64,000 nucleotides of DNA from Microthyrium microscopicum (GCA_010405405.1 MU004230.1:2576627-2640626), one strand, 5' to 3'; positions 34,526 to 49,200 are shown, counted from the first letter of the stretch. Notes: a model not told the origin generated them from the letters alone. Made by a program: numbers and translations.

Positions 34526-36219
34526 ATGGGCACACCCGGGGCGTTGCGCAGCAGGATTCTCGATGGAAGCCAATGCGAGCACAAGTTGCCCACCTCGTGC
34601 GTCCTGACATCGACTCAAGAATGTTGTGCATGTGAGGACGAGAGAGATCACGTCGTTTCTTACAACATTTATATTGATGGCGCAGGTATGAAGCCTTGGG
34701 GAACCAGGTGGCAAGACTACTGCTGGCCGTGTAAAGGTAGGTACGCCCCTTAGCGCAATCACAAGCAAGGCAAGTACCACTATTTGGATGCTGACACGCC
34801 ATCTCCAGAATTTTGGAATAATCGTACAGGACGTGGCATAATACCTCCGTCGCAAACGAGAATACCGGAAATACCGGATCAATCCCTGTTTTTAGAACGG
34901 TTCGTTGCATTATTGCCTCTCCATCTTCATGGATTGAGGACCAGCACCTAATTTTGAGTCTAGCTGGTACGACTTCTATCGTGGCTATAGTACTACAAGT
35001 ACTGAAAACGGTGTTGAGATCACATATCCTATCCAACATGAACCGTGGAGAGACGTAGATCCAGGAAGATTACCCAGAACAACAGACGAAGTTCGTCAGG
35101 GCCTCGGTCGTAGCCAGTACGAAATCTACATCGACTCTCTTTTGCAGCATAGACACGAGAATATGAACCGTGCCGTAGCTGAAGCTCCAGTATCCAACCT
35201 GGAGGAAACACTCGATGCATTGATGGAAGATGCTGAGGATGAGGTCCATGTGATTCCATCGGAATCAGTGGCGCCCTCCAGTGGTCGATTGCATAGCTTC
35301 GGAATGGACCATAATTTTGACCTAACTCACACGGAGATCTCCAATATACCACCACTTGAGCCGGTGGTCATACCATCACCGCCTGCGATAGAAGGCTATT
35401 CTGAGCAAGCTGGAACCCACCTCGCAGGCTATCCTCTACGGCTCTTATCTATCATGGCAGAAGATGAAGCAGATTCTGCTGAGACTGCCTCAGGCCCCTC
35501 GATTCCAGGCACGCCTGAACCAGAAAATATCATCCCACCACAAGACACTGCCAACTCGCACCACGTCCCACCAGAAGAATCTTCTAGTCTTATGAGTTCA
35601 CACGACGGAGTATGGGAAGCACTAAGTCGCCTCCGCGAAGCGCGTGAAAGAAATACCCGCGACGGCGAAACTGCAGCCCCAGCAACAATGGCTCAGATCA
35701 TGCAAGAACTCCGTGAACAGCGCTATACAGGCGGAAGCAGGGGGCGCGAACATTTCCCCGCCCTCCTCGAACTACTAAGGGATTCACGAGATTGGCGACG
35801 CTCGACCCGTAGTGCAGAATCATCAACATTTCAATCCGTGAACCGCCTGGGCTTGGATTCACTTCCGCGGCCACCGCCATTGGAGGACGAGCAGTTGACG
35901 GTTAAGTTGGATTGTCGGATTTGTCTCACGCAGATCGCGAAGATTGCTTGTATACCTTGTGGCCATGTTGTTATGTGTCAATGGTAAGTTTGAAATGATT
36001 CTATTTCACGCAAGTGTGTTAGTACTAATACTTCATGATGCAGGTGTGCGGACATTCAGATGCCGCTGATGCCAGAGTCGACGTCAACACCTAGAACGCG
36101 AGCGTCGCAATGTCCAGAGTGTCGTGGTATTGTTCGTCAGCGGGTATGTCTTCACCAGAAGCATCTTTACCTAGTAATATCGGTTATCTAACTGCTTTCA
36201 GATCAAACTGTATATTTAG
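34526..36219 (+). CDS. C3HC4 RING-finger protein with N-terminal Cys-rich domain, 4 exons
   Basis: C-terminal CRIC...CIPCGHVVMCQW|CAD...CPECRG is split by intron 35984-36043; last exon IKLYI*. N-terminal CEH...C...CCAC...YCWPCK. Confidence 0.8.
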
Positions 36220-37445
36220 AGCTACTGGTGCCTTGCTACTTGGTCATGCACATGTACCAAGTGGCAGAACCCCATTTCAGGCCGCTCATTGTATAGTGAG
36301 ACTCAAGTGGAAGTTGGCTCTGACTAGTTGAGCGTTATTGGCTTAAGTCGACGACGGAGTAGGTATTGAAGCTGGTGCCGATATCAATGCAGCTTCCATG
36401 GGAACTTATTCTCCATCGTGCACTTACAACCGCAGTACGGGACTCTTACCGCCGTGATAACAATTGGTTGTTTGCTTCGTACGCGTTATGATGGACGTCG
36501 GTTTTGAGTTTGCCCAAGTTGTCGGCAAGGCCGATAGGAGCTTCCACTATGTGGGTCATAATGGCCTTTGGCACCACCTGTTAGTACGATATTTTTGAGT
36601 CTCTAGCACTAACACAAACGGAACACGCAGACTCAAGGTGCCGAATCAAAGCTTAGAGGAAGACATCGTGAAGATGGAGATGTGAGGAGTGGTTTTGGAG
36701 GAGATTAGATCTACTAAGGTATCAAATGGGCGTTTCAAAGTTGTTGAAGGGTTGGTTGTTGTCAACTTGTTGGCGTCCAGTCGGAATCTTCTCCAGAATT
36801 AAGGTTCTGACGCGTGGGATTTGTAGCCTGTTAATTGTGCCTCAATGGTTTCTTGGGCCTTGACTTGTTGCTCTCTCCCCTCAACATTTCTTCCATATTC
36901 TACATTTATTGCGAAGTCTTCAAAGCTTTGCCCTTGGTTTTCACTTGCTATCTCGTGGTGAAAGTGGTGGCTTCTTGATCTCACGCAATCTCCCATCCTT
37001 GGGATCTTATCCGGCTTACCTCCAACCTTCCTGCAGCTCGTAGTCCCTCCAAAAAAGGACGAACTTTCAAGTTTTGACCTCGCAGACAAGGCGGAATACC
37101 CTCGGATTCTCTGTTACTCCAACTGGCGACTTGGCAAGATTTATCGCTTTCCCCTGTGTCTCACCGGAGAAATAGAGTAACGCATCCATATCCCAACAGA
37201 TCAAGCATCTACAGCCGTCCATCTACAAAAGCTTGCTGATTCGACTCGCCCACCTCATCATCAGCTACGGGACTTGGCTCGCTGACCTTTTCAGCTTCGT
37301 GTTGTACTTGGCCAGGCCAACCGGCCAACTCACCATCCAAAGCTCTTCTTCTGGACAACCGAGCCACCACCCGCTTGAGGAGGTGCCCAACGCTTTCTTC
37401 ACAAACTATTCTTATATATGCTAGACGTCTAAAGTCAATCTGGCT

Positions 37446-38493
37446 ATGGATTTCACACCTTATTTTCCCGGCCAGCAATTTGGGCTATACAATGGAGGTG
37501 TTCCTCTACATACTGCTTTCACAGAGGAGTCCGGCACGGCAGCAACACAAAATGTGGGTATATCTCATAAATTTTCCTGATTTGTTACGAATGTAAACAT
37601 GGACGAACGAAGCTCTCTCAAACTTCTAGCTTGGTCACGCCGGAAGCTAATAATACGAAGGATCCCTCGGTATTTGACTCCTCGGCCATATTTCAACAAC
37701 CATACGAACCCTTCGGCTATGATCAAAATGTTGTTGGGTCGCCCGAGATGGCAGATATGCCAATGACTCACCATGCAACGTTAGCAGATGATGGTACAAT
37801 ACCTGCTGCTTCGATGCATCACGATTCCGACTCGCTAAGAACCGACTCGCGAATGGATAGGGGAAGGAGTAGTAGTGATGAGAATTCTCACCTCACTCCA
37901 GCTCAAAGTCGAAGAAAAGAGCAAAATAGAGCAGCGTAGGCCACACTAGCATCCCCAATATCAATCTCGTCTAATTCATCTACAGTCAACGAGCCTTCCG
38001 AGAGCGAAAAGAGAAACACGTCAAAGAACTAGAAGCCAAACTCTCCGTCTTTGAATCATCAGCCACAACACTAGCATCCGACAACCAGCGCCTCAAACTT
38101 GCGCTTCAACGAGCGATGACTGAAAATGAGATTTTGCGCTCAACTACTGGAGCTATTCGATCGAACGGCCCGCCGCTCAAACGATTGAAGCGGCCAGTGC
38201 GATCGAGTTCGTCTCAGCCGGACGAGAATCGAGACGACGCAGAGTCGCCATATGCGGACGATAGCGAGAAGGACGGCAATGAGAAGGCCAAAATGCTTAC
38301 TACCGCGCGCGTGTGGGACTATCTGGTGGAGCACCCGTTGGTCAGATCTGGGCGCATAGATATTACTGATGCTGTTGATCGCTTGAAGCGCATGGCGAGG
38401 CCTGGTAATCGCGGTGGACCGGTATTTTCAGAGAAAGAAGTGCGCAGAGCGATAGAGAATAGTCGGAGGGGAGGAGGAGATGCCTTGATCTAG
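37446..38493 (+). CDS. AP-1/Yap-like bZIP transcription factor, 3 exons
   Basis: Basic region SRRKEQNRAA|QRAFRERKEKHVKELE across intron 37937-37985, followed by a leucine zipper. C-terminal VWDYLVEHP...GPVFSE domain. Confidence 0.88.
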
Positions 38494-38619
38494 AAGCATG
38501 CCCGGAATGGTTGATGACACCGATAATACACAAGAGCAACACGGAACACTTCCAGCAGGACTTGTGTCAAATCTATGGTCATACAGTATGCTATGGGTAT
38601 ATGGCACAAGGTAGCGAAA

Positions 38620-39516
38620 TCACTCCCAATCACTGTCTTCATCGTTGGCCACTGCACTGGGCTTGCTGCTGCGTAGAGAAGTTGGATGAGGATCCTCCTC
38701 CTCTTCTTTCCGTGCAACACGATGATCGCTGTGTTTTAACGCACCGACTTGTATCAGCACCTGTTCGAGATCTTGGGCGCTGTCAGAAGATGCAATAGAA
38801 GAGTACTGACCAAGCACTTACCGCTTTGTTTTGTCTGTAGTCCTTTCAGCTCCCTTAAGGTGACAATCTGTCGCTTGATATCTCCGTTCCGATATATCAG
38901 AATGGTGGGAGTATTTCGCTCTGGGTATCCTTCGATGCAAAGATCGGCTTGTATTTGACAGAATTTGATATCACCAAATTTGTAGGCCAGTTGCCGCCAT
39001 ATTTCCACAAGAATCCGAGACTCGACGTTGGTTCCAGTCGGCGATGTTAATAGTACAAATATAAAAGCTTTTGCCGACTCTTCTGTAACCTCTTTTGCAT
39101 AATCTGGTTTCTGTAATGGGTATACCTGATTGTAGACCGCAGCTGTTCGTATTGCAGACATTTCAGCTATACGTTTCTGACTTGTCTGAAGTTAGCAAGA
39201 GCAGAAGACAATTCCACGCAAAGCTTGCGCACCGATATGAATTAAGGAAATCTTCGTCCTCGTCATCTTCAAGTTCGTCTAGCTCATCAAGATCTTTGCC
39301 TTCGAGCCGATTTTCATGCATTAGCCTTCTAGCTTCCACCAGGGCCTCCTCAATCATCGGAGTTGGCGACGGCGGTTTCTCTGGAATGACTCCATGTTTG
39401 CGGAGAATATCATTCCTTCTCAGAAATTAGCAAGCCATACTGCTCTCAACGACAGGTGCATACCATTCAGTGTCAGCGTCTGGGTGGTCAATGGGCACAT
39501 TCACGGGCGCGTCCAT
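38620..39516 (-). CDS. PLP2: Phosducin-like protein (CCT co-chaperone), 4 exons
   Basis: DTEW|NDILRKHGVIPEKP, DELEDDEDEDFL, KPDYAKEVTE, CIEGYPERNTPTILIY and C-terminal DEDSDWE. Confidence 0.88.
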
Positions 39517-39927
39517 GACTGTTATAACGCCTTGATTTAATTTAAACCCCGAAGAGACCGACTTGAAAGAGACAAAATACTTTTTTCAACAAAATGTATG
39601 CTCCTGAAGTAAGTGGAACGAACTTTATATAGAGTTGGTGCCTTAAAGGTAGGAATAGTACCAGGGACTAGGGTTAAGCATCAGTCTTGGCATCAACTCC
39701 CAAAATGCCACGAAGCCCGCCGATGCGACCGCCGCACAATCCTCCATGACCACCACGCTTACGTCTTGATCTCTAAAAAGCTTGTTGACATCAATTGCAA
39801 ACACGTTCCTAACAATTGGTCGCACGGCCAGGTCTCTCATTGCCCATGGAATACAACTAGACTGCCCGCCAATTCAACCCCTTACTATTGAACCTCCCAC
39901 CTTTAGACCCGAAACCACATTGTCATC

Positions 39928-42900
39928 ATGTCATACGGAAAGCGAGACGAAGATGCGGACGGCGCAATTGTGCGGGTTGACCGAACCGCTGTCTTTCAAG
40001 AGGGTACCTAGTTCTATTGAAGTTTAGGCGAATCCGATGCTGACATCTTGAAGCCCGCCTTTTCAACTCGTCGCCAGTGTCCCCTCGAAAATGTCGAATC
40101 CTATTGACCAAGATCGCCCTCTTACTATTCACTGGCGAGAAGTTCCCTACAAATGAAGCTACGACCCTGTTCTTTGGTATCTCGAAGTTGTTCCAAAATA
40201 AAGATGCTAGCTTGCGGCAGATGGTATATCTTGTTATTAAAGAGCTGGCCAACACGGCCGAGGATGTTATCATGGTCACAAGCAGTATAATGAAAGATTG
40301 CCAAGTTGGAAGCGATATCGTGTACCGCGCCAATGCCATTCGAGCTCTTTGCCGAATTATCGACGCGACTACAATTCCTGCTATTGAGCGTATCATCAAA
40401 ACTGCCATTGTCGACAAGGTCCCTTCTGTTTGTTCAGCTGCCTTGGTGTCGTCTTACCACCTGCTCCCTGTCTCCCGAGATATCGTTCGAAGATGGCAAA
40501 ATGAAGTACAAGAAGCCGCGTCTGGATCCAAGTCCAGCGGATTCTCTCTTGGGTTTGGTGGTTCGCACTCTCAATCGATACCCAACACCAGCTACAATAC
40601 CCAATATCATGCCATTGGTTTACTCTATCAAATGAGATCTCATGACCGGATGGCTTTGGTTAAAATGGTTCAACAATATAGTGCCGCTGGCGTTGTCAAA
40701 AGCCCGGCCGCCATCATGCTCCTCGTTCGATTGGCAGCCAAATTGGCAACAGATGACCCTGGCCTCCGAAAACCAATGGTACAGCTTCTCGATGGCTGGC
40801 TCCGCCACAAGTCAGAGCTCGTCAACTTTGAAGCTGCTAAAGCGATTTGCGATCTTCCAGACGTAACCGATGGCGAAGCTACCCAGACCATTCACTCACT
40901 TCAACTCTTCCTTGTCTCTCCTCGACCGGTCACAAAATTCGCCGCCATCAGGATTCTTCACAACTTTGCTACTTTTAAGCCAGATTTGGTTCGCGCCTGC
41001 AACCCAGACATTGAAAGTCTAGTCACCAACACGAATCGCTCCATCGGTACTTTTGCTATAAGCACATTGCTCAAGACTTGCAATGAGTCGAGCGTAGATC
41101 GCCTTATGAAGCAGATAACAACTTTCATGAGCGAAATCAGCGACGACTTCAAAGTAACCATTGTTGAGGCGATCCGCACTTTGGCCATTAAATTCCCTTC
41201 GAAACATGCCAGCATTTTCACATTCCTTAGCCAAACGCTACGCGAAGATGGTGGCTTTGACTTCAAGAAAGCTGTGGTGGAGAGCATGTTTGACTTGATC
41301 AAATTTGTTCCAGAGAGCAAAGAAGATGCTCTGGCTCATTTGGCAGAGTTCATAGAGGATTGCGAGTTTACAAAACTGGCTGTGCGGATATTGCATCTTC
41401 TGGGTATGGAAGGTCCAAAAACGAAGACCCCTACGAAGTATATCCGTTACATTTACAACCGAGTGGTCCTCGAGAATGCTATCGTTAGAGCTGCTGCCGT
41501 GACTGCGCTCGGAAAATTCGGACTTTCCAAGGATGAGGAAGTCCGAAGCAGCATTAAAGTGCTACTCACACGTTGTCTTGACGATGTTGACGACGAGGTG
41601 CGGGATCGCGCAGCCATGAACTTGAGACTCATGGCTGAAGATGACGATACTGCGTCCAAGTTCATTCGAAATGGTAGGATTTCTGTTTTTGTCATATTTG
41701 AGAATATTTGCTAAATCTTCCAGATTCAATGTTCTCCCTACCTGTTCTCGAGCATCAACTGGTGATGTATGTAACTGCCGAGGGGCGAGATACGTTTGCT
41801 TCGCCCTTTGATCTATCCAAGATCCCAGTGGTTACCAGAGAACAAGCAGATGCAGACGAACGAACCAGGTACATATGCCCCAAAAGATTCGAAAATGAAC
41901 GCCCTGCTCATATCTACGTAGAAAACTTACCTCTGCAACGCCAACGCTCAAAGCTCCATCCATGCCCAAAACAACAGCCCAGGGTGCAGCAGAAGCGGCC
42001 GCCTCAACTGCTGCAGCTGCGCAGAAGTATGCGGCAGAACTGCAAAAGATCCCAGAGCTATCATCATATGGTGGTGTGCTCAAGTCTAGCCCGGTGGTTG
42101 AATTAACCGAAAGCGAAACTGAATACGTCGTAAAAGCGATCAAGCATATCTTCAAAGAGCACATCGTCCTCCAATTTGTATGTATCTCAGGTCATCTCGT
42201 GACTACCATTCTAACGTTTCTAGGATATCAACAACACACTTCCAGATACTGTACTCACTGATGTATCCATATTATCAACGCCAGTCGATGCAAATGATCC
42301 TGACGAGGCCGCACCTCTCGAGGAAGACTTTTTAATCCCCGTTTCGCAACTGAAGACCAACGAACCCGGCACAGTCTACGTTGCATTCAAAAATACATCT
42401 GGCTCATCATATCCAGCATGCACCTTCTCCAACATCCTCAAGTTCACCAGCAAGGAAGTCGATCCATCAACCGGCGAACCCGAAGAAACTGGCTACGATG
42501 ACGAATACCAAGTCGAAGACCTCGACCTCGGAGGGTCAGACTTTGTTGTACCAGCTTTCGCGGGTAGCTGGGAAGGTGTTTGGGAATCCTCAGCCGGTGG
42601 AGAAGAAGCAGCAGAGACGCTCAGTCTTACTGGCTCCAAGAGCATTGCTGGTAAGTTCTCCTCTCATATTAGAGCTCTTAGCGCAGTTTATTGACGGTAT
42701 CTAGATGCCGTGACGCAGTTAACAAACGTCTTCCAACTTCAACCGCTGGACGGCAGCGATGTTGCCCTCTCCGCCTCAACGCATACGCTCAAACTGTACG
42801 GCAAGAGCATCAACGGCGGCAAAGTTGCTGTACAAGTACGCATGGCTTTCTCGGCGAAAGCAGGCGTCACTATCCAGATTCGGGCGCGCAGTGAGGAGGA

Positions 42901-42940
42901 TGGAATGGCTACGGCTGTTATATCGAGTGTTACGGGATAG
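39928..42940 (+). CDS. SEC21: Coatomer subunit gamma, about 6 exons
   Basis: MSYGKRDED start; ARLFNSSPVSPRKCR; IEDCEF; YIRYIYNRVVLEN; DDEVRDRA; LTESETEY. Confidence 0.95.
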
Positions 42941-43401
42941 TTCTCGTGACTTTGGATGGAATAGACTCAGGTGCCTGCAGTGATAAAGTGACTTGCATCA
43001 TGCCTCATTTTTGCTCAGTGGCGATAGTTGCAATGTAGAGCTGATGGTGATTTGGCGCTCAAGCGTTGGCTCGGTTGGGTCAAAAAATGATCATACGGTT
43101 GTAATGCATGATATGAAATATGTAGCCTCAATTGAATTACATCTATCAATTCACCTGGGCCCATTGGTTTCGCTATAGCTCTGCTCGACACATAACCCTA
43201 CCAATTATCCTTGAAAAATAACATGTACTGAAAAGATCATCTGGTACGATTGGAAGCGGAAGCAGCAAGTGCTCAACGAGAGCCATCAGTCTCATGTGCT
43301 TTTAATGGCCCATTGCGTAGGAATAATTCGAACAATCCATTGCCCGAATGATAATCGTCAATTTTCGACCCGTTCGTGGACTTTGATAGCGCTCGCAAGG
43401 G

Positions 43402-44946
43402 CTAATGATCGTTACCAGCGGCGTCAGTTCTCGCAAGATTCTCATGTCTAAGTTTTGCCAGAAAAGCTGCAACTCCGCTGCTCAACTCCGGCTCATCAAC
43501 CTTGCGAAGACGAGTGTGATCTTTTTCAGGAGTAGATCGTGTCGAGCTGAGTTCCGACATGTCCTGGTCAACTTCGCATCCCTTGGCCAGGGCTTGGATC
43601 GTGGTTTCAAGATCTTGGTCGGCGGTGAGGTCGAGAGTGTACTGCACTTTGTTTCCGGGAGTGACTTTGACTGCTTGATTAGGCTTGGTCTGCTGCTGGC
43701 CACGAGTTTGAAATCTAGTTTTCTTTAGAGGAAAATGGCTGCTTTTGTCGTCAAAGGAGACATGCTCTGCCTTTGATACATGCGTCTTTGATCTCAGTGG
43801 TGCTTCGATCTCGATCATATCGTCGTTCTCTAACTGGCCTCTGTTGGCCTCAGTCGCTCGTTTCTTCCGCTTCGGTAGGATTTCGATGTCTTCGTCATCT
43901 ATGTCTACTTTCTTCTTCTTCTGTCTCGGTTTGGCAGGCTTTTTGGCTTTAGGTTCTGCAAACTTGGACTGATGACATATCAATACATGATTACTTTATG
44001 AGCTGAAGCACTCACTGGGTCCCAAGACTTGTCAAGCTTGCCAGTAGATACGGCGACCTTTACATGCTGCTTGGTCTCCTCGTCAAGCTCGTCATATCCC
44101 TCTAGAACTTCGGCGTGCCCGGAGATCTGTGCAGACACAGCACTGATATGAGAATCCTCAAGACAAGACCTGGTAAGTGTCAGCTGTGATGGCAAACAAT
44201 CTAGCTGGTGTCCAAATGCCATCAACCCACCAATGATAGTATTGCCAGCTTGAATGGAGTGGACCATCATTCGAATCGCCAGTCACACTGGGCATACAAG
44301 CGAGGCGAAACTCTCCCTTCTTGATCTTCTCTTCCAGTCCACACTTCTGACCGTGGCACCTGGCTGCAGTAGACTTGGCAAAGTCAACCTTGAATGCATC
44401 ACTGAGGCCGAATACGTTGATCGAGAACTTCGAATCGGGATTCTGAACAACACCCTCAGTAAAACTGGCACTTACTTCGACCTTTGCCTCTTCAGAGAGT
44501 GAATCAAAACCGCAGATCTCGTCTACTGTTGTGACCAGCTTGGCTATGTTGCTGAGTTGTTTCGTCGTTACGCAACCCCTATGATAGTCAGCAAAAGCGG
44601 TCATATTTGTCAGGTAAGGTCCTCTTACCAGTGCTTCCACTGATAATTGTCCCAGTAGCTATTGTATGTCGCAAGAGCCAATTCTCCCATGAGAATTTTA
44701 GTTTCAGAGTTCTTGCAAGCTGCAGTGTTGCATATGCGTTTGGCAATAGGCGAATGCGCTGTTCGGAGTCAACTTGAATGCGAACATTTCACGAATTTAA
44801 AGTAAAGTAAGAAAGTACTTACCAAGCTTGTACATTTTGGGGTCTCCATCGCGAATTTCCTCTCCTTCACGAGCCTCTTGACGTTCTTCCCAGTCCTCTC
44901 TGGCCCCTCCCCGATGTTGATTGGGTTTGACCACGACTGAAAACAT
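43402..44946 (-). CDS. Protein with two PARP-type zinc fingers and a basic/acidic tail, 5 exons
   Basis: Spliced finger 1 is CNTAAC...ILMGELAL...WKHW|GC and finger 2 is FAKSTAARCHGQKC...IKKGEFRL...YYHW|SC. Each is followed by a GFDSL/GYDEL motif. In-frame ATG at 44946. Confidence 0.75.
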
Positions 44947-46273
44947 GGCTGATCATGAAGAAAGTAGGATGAGACGTAGGAAAGAGACAGAGTGAAGTTA
45001 CAGTGAGATAAAGTCTGTGTCGTATGTATGATGCTAGTACATTCTGTAGCCTGAATTCAAAAAGAGAAGGAAGGAACGATCCGATGCTTGCCAACAACCT
45101 CACCCATCTCCGCGCTGAATGCTAACAGTCCAACAAAGCAGCAGTTATTGCTGACCATGAGAAATCGTTTTGCTAGAACATGATGCTCAAGAGTGCTAAT
45201 GCGATTGAGCATTTCATAAGGCCGACTCGACAAGGCTAAGGACGAGGTTAGAGCCGTGCAGCAAGAGTTTATAAACCGAACAGAAATCATGGGACACATC
45301 ATTCCGATCTCCCTCTCCCACGCCCCTTCAAAAATGTAGTAGTCATGTTCCTAACTTTTCCATTCCTGACTTGTGAAGGATACTCCTGCTTTGACCTAAC
45401 AGTGTCGAATGAAACCTTGGCCCCTTGAGTTATAGATCACGTAAGTACAGAGAGAAAGCAAAATATCCATCTCAAGAAAGTTTTATTGTTGAGTAAAATG
45501 CCTTAAAAACAGCCATGCAATATGGCCAGAGCCTCTTGCTAGGCTTTATTCACTACCAAGTTTAGCTGGTCAAAAGCTGCTTCTCTGGCACCAACCTGTC
45601 AGGGCACCGGGAATTTCGGGCATGCCGGACTCTTGACTCCAAGATAGATGCCAAAGAGAAGCCTCGACCAGCATGAATACTGTTGCTAATATGTCCAACT
45701 GAGAAAAAAAATTGAGATGGAAAGAAGACAAGAGGCAATAGAGTGACCCCCGAAAAAGATATATAGGGATATCAACATGCTGTTATGAGAGACACACACT
45801 TTTTCGTTACCCATTCGTCCTTGATACTGATGTAAATATTGGTCCAGTCTAATCTTGGTTCGCCGACGTAGTGGATGACCCGAGACTAAAGAAAAAGAAA
45901 AGGAAAATGGATGATGAGAAACCAATGACATTGGTTGAGATGGAGAGAGAGAGAGAGATGTGGAACTCTGAACACAAGACCGGGATGCAGCTCTAGAATA
46001 GCTCAGAGTTGAGTAGATATCCTGAGAAGCTGTAAGATTGGCAAGCCAGAGTAAAATCATGAAATCATTCATATCGTAAAAAGTCCTGTTCGATAACCGT
46101 CGCTATGCCCATATATGAAGTATCCGCTAAAATATGCATCTTTGAAGTATGATCGCGAACAGTCGAGCAAAAATCAGTCGTCAAAAGCATGCAAGGTCGC
46201 CTTAAGTCCAGGAAAAAGTCGCAGTGTAATAGGCAAATGATGGATGTGGAAGATTTCGCACAAGCTTTGAGTG

Positions 46274-49200
46274 CTAAGACGATGATCGCTTGCGCTTTTC
46301 GCTATTGTATTCATCCTCCGGCTTCCACTGTTCTGGTGAGAAATCAGGGTTTGCGAAGTGCGCAGTGTTGAAGTGTGAGCTATGACCACGGTTAGTGTTC
46401 GCTCAAGAATGGTTGGGCTGTGTCAACGTACTTCTTGAAGATGGAGGTCTGACACAATGACAATCCACGACGATTCATTGAGATGTAGTCAAGCTCTACG
46501 GCATACTTTGACGGCCGAAACATGGTGCCATTCTGTACTGAGCAAGGATAAGCTGGAATGGCCTGCGGTATCGCTTGTTGAATAGCAGGCGCAATAGGCG
46601 TGGTTGGCGTACGGGTGTTCATGGTCAAGGTTGCAGTGCCGTACCCAAAATCATGCACAGAATTCGGCGGCGCAGGATAGTCTCGCGTCGGAGAGTGGTT
46701 TGTAGCAATGTGAGACGCAATCGAAGTGGCTGCTGACTGGCCATTGGGAGAGGAATAATCCATATGTCCTAAAAGTGGTGCCCATGCAGGGTGGGTGATT
46801 TGCTCTTGAGGGAAAAAGTCCATGGCTCCTGGTATTTCGAAACCATTTGAAAATGGTACTTTAGCAAAGGAGCTATGCTCAGGAGTTTGACGATGACTCA
46901 ACGCAACAAATACATCTTGTTGGGTACTAGGCGGCTGCTGAACAGGTAAATCTTGTAGTCTGTAGAGGATGTCATAATGTCCACTAATACAAAGTCAGAA
47001 GGGTTGACGGGATGAGCTCGGAGCCACTTACGGTCGGTAGAGAAGTTGGAAAGTTGGGGGGTTGACAAGTGCTGCACCTTGGGGATCCAGTGGATCAAAT
47101 CGATAAGTTGTCACCTCTTCGCCAGGGGAACGATCGAGATAAAGGACCTCGACAGCAATACCGGCTGGTTTGGCGAGTAGATCCACCAGAGCACTTAATC
47201 CAACATGTTCAATTTCAGCGACGGCTGGCTCAATTCGATTTTTGCAGTATTCGGCGACTGGGATATCGATGAAAGGTGAGTACTCATCGGGATGTTTTTG
47301 AATCCAAGCACTTGTCAGTAACTACTGGTTGTCAGCATGCAGTCCCGATGACAATCTTGTACGAGTTCATAGAGTACCTTGAGGAAAGTGATGATACTCT
47401 GCGATCTGCCGAAATCATTGAAGGCGGCAAGCAAAGCCGCTCCCTCATCAGTAGCAGAGGCAGTCTCTTTGAGCAATTCCAGGGCATCCTCTACAAAATC
47501 TTCATAAAGATGTTGTTGTAATCCAATATCTTTGAGAATGTTTTGCATAGACTTTAGTCGAGTCTCTTCTTCGAGGAATTTAACTCGGTCGGCAGTGCGC
47601 ATGAGTGTCTCATAGTAACAAAAGGCAATGGCTAACGATGGTTAGTAATGTCAAGGATAGCTGGAGGATCGAATTACCTCTCCAACCGCAATGGCCGTCT
47701 CCACGGCATGTTCGATACTGAGCATACTTTTGTGGTAGTGACTATGAGCGGATTAGCCCTTTTGTCCGAACACGACTGAAAATTGACATATAACATACAG
47801 CAGTTTTGACCTGATAAACAGGGTCGGCATCGGCATATTCGGTAGTCAAGTTACTACTAGCAATGCGCTCACTGACCAATGGCCCCTGCAACAATTGAAT
47901 TAGCATGATAGTTGATGGAGAAGGAGTATGAATTTTTTGCAAATCGGAGGACATACCGTGGCTTCAGGTTCCCAATTGTTGGACAACTCCTGCATGCGAG
48001 CCAACTCATCATCTTGGCCATCAAATGGCGGATCCATGCTCATTGTGATTTGAGCCGAGGGTGGGGTAGAATGGTGCAGTGGCGCGAAGTGTGATTGCAC
48101 AGGATAATGGGCAAAAGCCGAGTGGAGGGTAGCACTGGCGACAGGCGAGCAATGAGAAGAAGAAGAAGTACAGGAAGAGGGGAGATGAAGCTGGGTATGG
48201 GGAGAAGTTGAAGGAGAGACAGAAGGGTGGTGGAAGGTTGAGAGCTTGAGTTGGGAGTGAGCCGCGTGCGAAGTCGCAGGGGGGTGCTGGTGTGTATGGG
48301 AGCTCTGAGAAGAAAGGGAATGGGAATGGGAATGGAGATCAAGATGATGGGATGGAAGGCGAGAGCCTGGTGATTGTGATTGTGATTGTGACTGTGAAAG
48401 GGAAAGCAAGCGGGACCCGGCTGGAAAATGAACTTGTTGTTGCTGTTGGTGTTGCTGGCGTTGGAATTGCTGAATCTGCTGGGAATTGTGGTTGAGATGT
48501 TGTTGTTGCTGTTGGTGTTGCTGAAGCACAATGGCGTGGGACAATCGACCATCTGCGGGCCCAAATCCCAGGCCAGCAGGTTGTAGAAAATTGTTGTGTG
48601 TCGCGTTGTTTGCCTGCTGCTGCTGCTGCTGCTGTTGGCGATTGTGGTGGGCTCCTTGGTGGAGGGAGTCGAATGAATGCAGGTGGGGCTGTTGTACTCC
48701 AACGGGTGTTGAAGAGCTTGCAACAACTCCTGAGCCTGAGCCTAAGCCTGATGGTTGACGTCTCTGTTCTGAAAGTGACACTACTGCAGCCGATTGTGCT
48801 GTATCGAGTCTATCGACTTGATTTTGAGCTTGACAAGGGTGGTGCGGCCCGGGACGTGGAGCAGACACGGAAGCATCACCATTAGTCGCCGCCGCTGCCA
48901 TCGCGCCAGTCCCAGTGCTCATGGTACTGGGAGTTTGAGAACTAGCACTGGCGGATACTGCACCGGCTTGAGATCCCGATGAACCTTGAGACTGCATCTC
49001 CTCAGAGCCAGCCGGTAGCATCAGCATACCCCCAAAGTCAAATGTATGATGGTGGCCTGCTGCCCTATCGCCATTCGTTGGAGAACATCCAGCCGAGTGT
49101 TGCAAGGTCGAGTTGTGGAAGATTTGGCTATGCTGGCTGGTCTGGCTGCCAGCCTGGACAGGATTGTGCAGACCATGTGCATCTGCGAGATGCAGCTGGT

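Noticed and set aside
38494..38619. Only 126 bp between the convergent bZIP and PLP2 stop codons
   Set aside because: Overlapping 3'UTRs are common in compact fungal genomes and nothing specific is visible.
39669..39678. TAGGGTTA telomere-like motif as a telomerase RNA template or interstitial telomere
   Set aside because: Single short match in a 400-bp divergent promoter with no room or structure for a telomerase RNA.
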